Assembly (NCBI RefSeq): GCF_001194135.2
Contig: NC_068991.1
Span: 17,931,613 to 17,995,353, forward strand
Reading direction: 5' to 3'
Length of the DNA stretch: 63,741 bases
Source: Octopus bimaculoides
Taxonomy: Eukaryota
Part shown: piece by piece, positions 1 through 63,741 of the stretch
Position numbering within the stretch: the stretch's first letter is position 1
Layout: each line of letters begins with the position of its first letter
The notes under the pieces: generated by a model
Told to the model about the DNA's origin: nothing
The model's input: the letters and a program-made list of their open reading frames with translations, nothing else
Database searches by the model: none
Position numbers and translations under genes: made by a program

Positions 1-41
<41 letters not shown>

Positions 42-756
42 GTGTGTTTGTATGTATGTGTGTGTCATTGTTTTAGCATCCACTTTTCCATGCTTGCATA
101 GCCTAGACACAACTTATTGAGACAGTTTTTCTACAACTAGATGCCCTTCTTTCAGCAACCCTCATCGGTTTCTAAGCAAGGTAATATTTCTCCATTGATT
201 GTATGATTGTGATGACTGTTTAGAACCATCAGATGATGACAAGACAAAGGTACACACAAACACATGCATGCATATACAAACATGATGGGATTCTTCTTGG
301 TCCTGTCTACCAGATCCATTCAAAGGTTTGAGCTTAAACTATAGTAGAATATACATGCTCTCAAGGCGCCACACAGTGGCAGTGAACCCTTGGTCTTCTC
401 TGAGTCATTAAGTGCAAGGATATCATTATCCATTCACACACATTTCTCACCTTCCACATTTCTGTTCTCCCTGATACACTGCTTTGCAATCCTGAACACC
501 TCACACTTCATAACACAGAAATCTGGATACTAAAGCTGTTAAACACATACTGGAAAAATTTCAAGACTAAAAAATGAACTTGATTAATTCAAAACAATGT
601 GAATAAATAAGCTTTACATTTGACAAATCAATTTATATGCTGAAGGGTTAAGTGTCTGACTGAACTATTGGAAGTCACCAACAAATTCTAAATAGCACAC
701 ATGGTCAGTGGAATCTCAGCATCCATTGAGATATGATAAAATGTATGTGAATTCCT

Positions 757-1104
757 TTCAAGTGTTGGGCCTCACAGAGGCAATGACCGAGACCTTTGGC
801 ATTATGTTGTGCTTGAGAAGAAGACCCATCAAGTTGAGCAAAATTGCAGTCATGGTAGATACCAGTGTCATGCAAATTGGCACCCGTGCCAGTGACACGT
901 GAGAGCACCCCGGTGTCACACAAATGGCACCCATGCTGGTGGTATGTAAAAACACCAATAACACTCTCAGAGTGGTTGGCATTAGGAAGGGCATTCAACC
1001 TTAGAAAACCATACCAAATCAGACTGGAGTCTGGTACAGCCTTCCAGCGTACCAGCCTAGTCAAACTGCATGGACAACAGACGTTAAATGATGATGATGA
1101 TGAT
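757..1104 (+). mobile_element. 5'-truncated RTE LINE 3' end
   Basis: LGLTEAMT..DLW remnant, aggaagggcat motif, gacgttaaatgatgatgatg tail. Confidence 0.8.
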
Positions 1105-1184
1105 GTATATACAGAGACATACATAATATATCTTTTACATATTGTTATATCATTACTGTTTTCATTTCCCATCTCCTCCATTAG

Positions 1185-61527
<60,343 letters not shown>

Positions 61528-61675
61528 CTCAACTAAACATTAGGGTGTGTTTTGTTTGTTTTGAATTATGTTTTTTTCACTGTAAGTATGCTTTTTCTTT
61601 TATTTTTAATGTGTGGGTTTTTTTTTTTTATCATAGTTTTTCAAACAAGAATTTAGTAATTGAGTTAAGTAAGTA

Positions 61676-61681
61676 AATAAA
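61676..61681 (+). promoter_or_regulatory. Candidate polyadenylation signal AATAAA
   Basis: First AATAAA about 150 nt after the stop codon; position only, no transcript data. Confidence 0.4.
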
Positions 61682-63741
61682 ACTGTTTAGTGATTAAATA
61701 ATTCAGAGATATCATTGGCATTAAAAAAAAAAACAAGTTATGTTATCATCATCATCATCATTATCATCATTATCATCATCGTTTAACATCCGCTTTCCAT
61801 GCTAGCATGGGTTGGACGACTTGACTGAGGACTAGTGAACCAGATGGCTACACCAGGCTCCATTTGTAATTTTACATTTACTTTTCCCATATTGACATAC
61901 GCCGCACAGACTCCTTTAGGCAGTTATCTATGGCTGCATGCCATTCCTGATACTAACTCTTACTTGTTTTCAAGGAAAGTACTTTATTCCAACCACTGCA
62001 TGTTGAATTAGTCAAGCCACCAGAATTTTTGCTTATGCAGGACATATACATCATCACTGACTTCTGCCTACATGGTGTCAATGCAAAATACATAAAGACA
62101 AACAGATATGCATGCACGCATGTACACATGCATACGTGTGCATACACACACACACACACAAAGAATATGAAGAGTTTCTGTTCAATTTCCAAGTACTAAA
62201 TCCACTCCCAAAGTATTGATCAAACTGAGGTTATAGTGCACAACACTTTCCCAACTTGCTCATATTATTGATATCCCAAAGCTACAGTACAATGCATGAT
62301 TAACTGAAAACAGTGTGTGTAAATAGTATTACTTTTGACAGAGTAATCTGGATGCTAAAGGGTTTATACACTTCCATACTGTTTCTATCTCTCCAGTTTC
62401 ACTCACACGACTTGTATCTACTCAAGACGCTTACTGAAATATTCAGGCTTTGAAAGTGAAGCTGAAGTGATTGTGAATTGAATGTCATGACCAGAGGGCT
62501 ATGCTCGCTCCCTCATATATATTCGTAGCCTTATAGCTAAGCACCTTTTTGCTTTTTGTCTTAGCTTTTCCTTTTTTTAATACATTTTTCCCTTATTTCT
62601 TTTCAGTCTCTGCCACCGCATTAAGATAACAACTGATAGCCTGCCCATTCAAACTGCCACAGGAGTAAGATTGGATATATCACTGATCAAATTCAAAGCC
62701 CAGCAATACATACATGCATACACACACACATTCATACACACACGTGTGTGGATGTGTTTTTTTTTCATTTTGTCTTGTGCAAAAAGAATTATTTCAGTTT
62801 CATTTATTAAAATGACTATTCTATTAACTGCTAGAATGTATATATCTAATGTTTGCTTTCAAATGAAATTGAAAAAAGAAAATAACAATGATATATAAAT
62901 TTAAAGAATATTTATAACTGTGTGTGTGTGTGTGTGTATGCACATACAAATGCATATATAATTTTACATGAATATTTTGGTAAAATTTGGGAATGGGGAT
63001 AAATTTTGCAATGGAGAGAGTGAGTGGCAGAATCAAAAGAGCGTCAGAGTAAATGCCTTATGATAATTAGTTGCATCTCTTTATGTCCTCTGACTAAATC
63101 TCTCTGGGTGGTTCTACTACCAAAAGTAAATTGTTAGCAAGACCAAGTCTGGGATTCCTGTCTGGTTTGGTGTAGGAAAGAGGCATGTCTGTTATCAAAG
63201 TTAATGTGAGGCTCAGTGTGGCCAAATTGAATTAATAATGTTGTCTTTATATCAGCCACACTTAGCCAGTTTGAATATGAAAGATTAAAACTTCACAAAT
63301 ATGAAATGAAATGAAAAGAAAGAAGGAAAGATTGACTATTACCATTTTCTTTTTCTTTTTCATCTTGCTATTTTTATATCTGAAATAATTTAAGTATTAA
63401 TTTTTGGTTGCTCAATTTTTATTTTTTTATCCAAGAAAGAAATTATTTCCTGAAAATTATAAAATAATTGTGATGTTAAAGTAACCAAAAAGAAATTTGA
63501 AAAAAAAAAAATAATAATAGAGAAAAAAAGGCTTTTGAATAAAAATGTAAAAGGAAAATTAATCACAATTCTAGTAATATAACAAAAGAAAAATGTTGTG
63601 ATCAATGCTTAAGTTTTATGAAGAAGTCTACAAAGAAAATTTCAAAGAATTTATACTAAGTTCTTTGGTTTAATATTTCAGCGCATCAACTCCATACAAT
63701 TAGAGACTTTGTATAGCACTGAAGGTTATCTTTGAATTATT

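Overview
AT-rich, gap-containing animal genomic scaffold. The repeat families suggest an octopus, which is an inference. Almost the whole window is one + strand gene, the spastizin ortholog ZFYVE26/SPG15. It is 5'-truncated by the window edge and ends at a TAA at 61525-61527. I traced 33 coding exons (1185-61527, 5856 nt, about 1950 aa) with GT-AG boundaries and mutually consistent intron phases. They include a split FYVE domain (WVPD...RRHHCRRC...RTC) and the conserved spastizin C-terminus. One conserved exon is not visible and probably lies in an N-gap. The main surprise is that six to seven exons (9997 to about 21500) encode what looks like a DUF547-type domain spliced in frame into spastizin, at a position where the human protein as I recall it has only a short linker. 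The introns are filled with tRNA-derived SINEs, RTE LINE fragments, an R4/Dong-type retrotransposon remnant in a (TTA)n array, a full-length dead mariner, mariner/hAT/piggyBac MITEs, several striking palindromes, and micro- and minisatellites. There are no prokaryotic features or CRISPR arrays.
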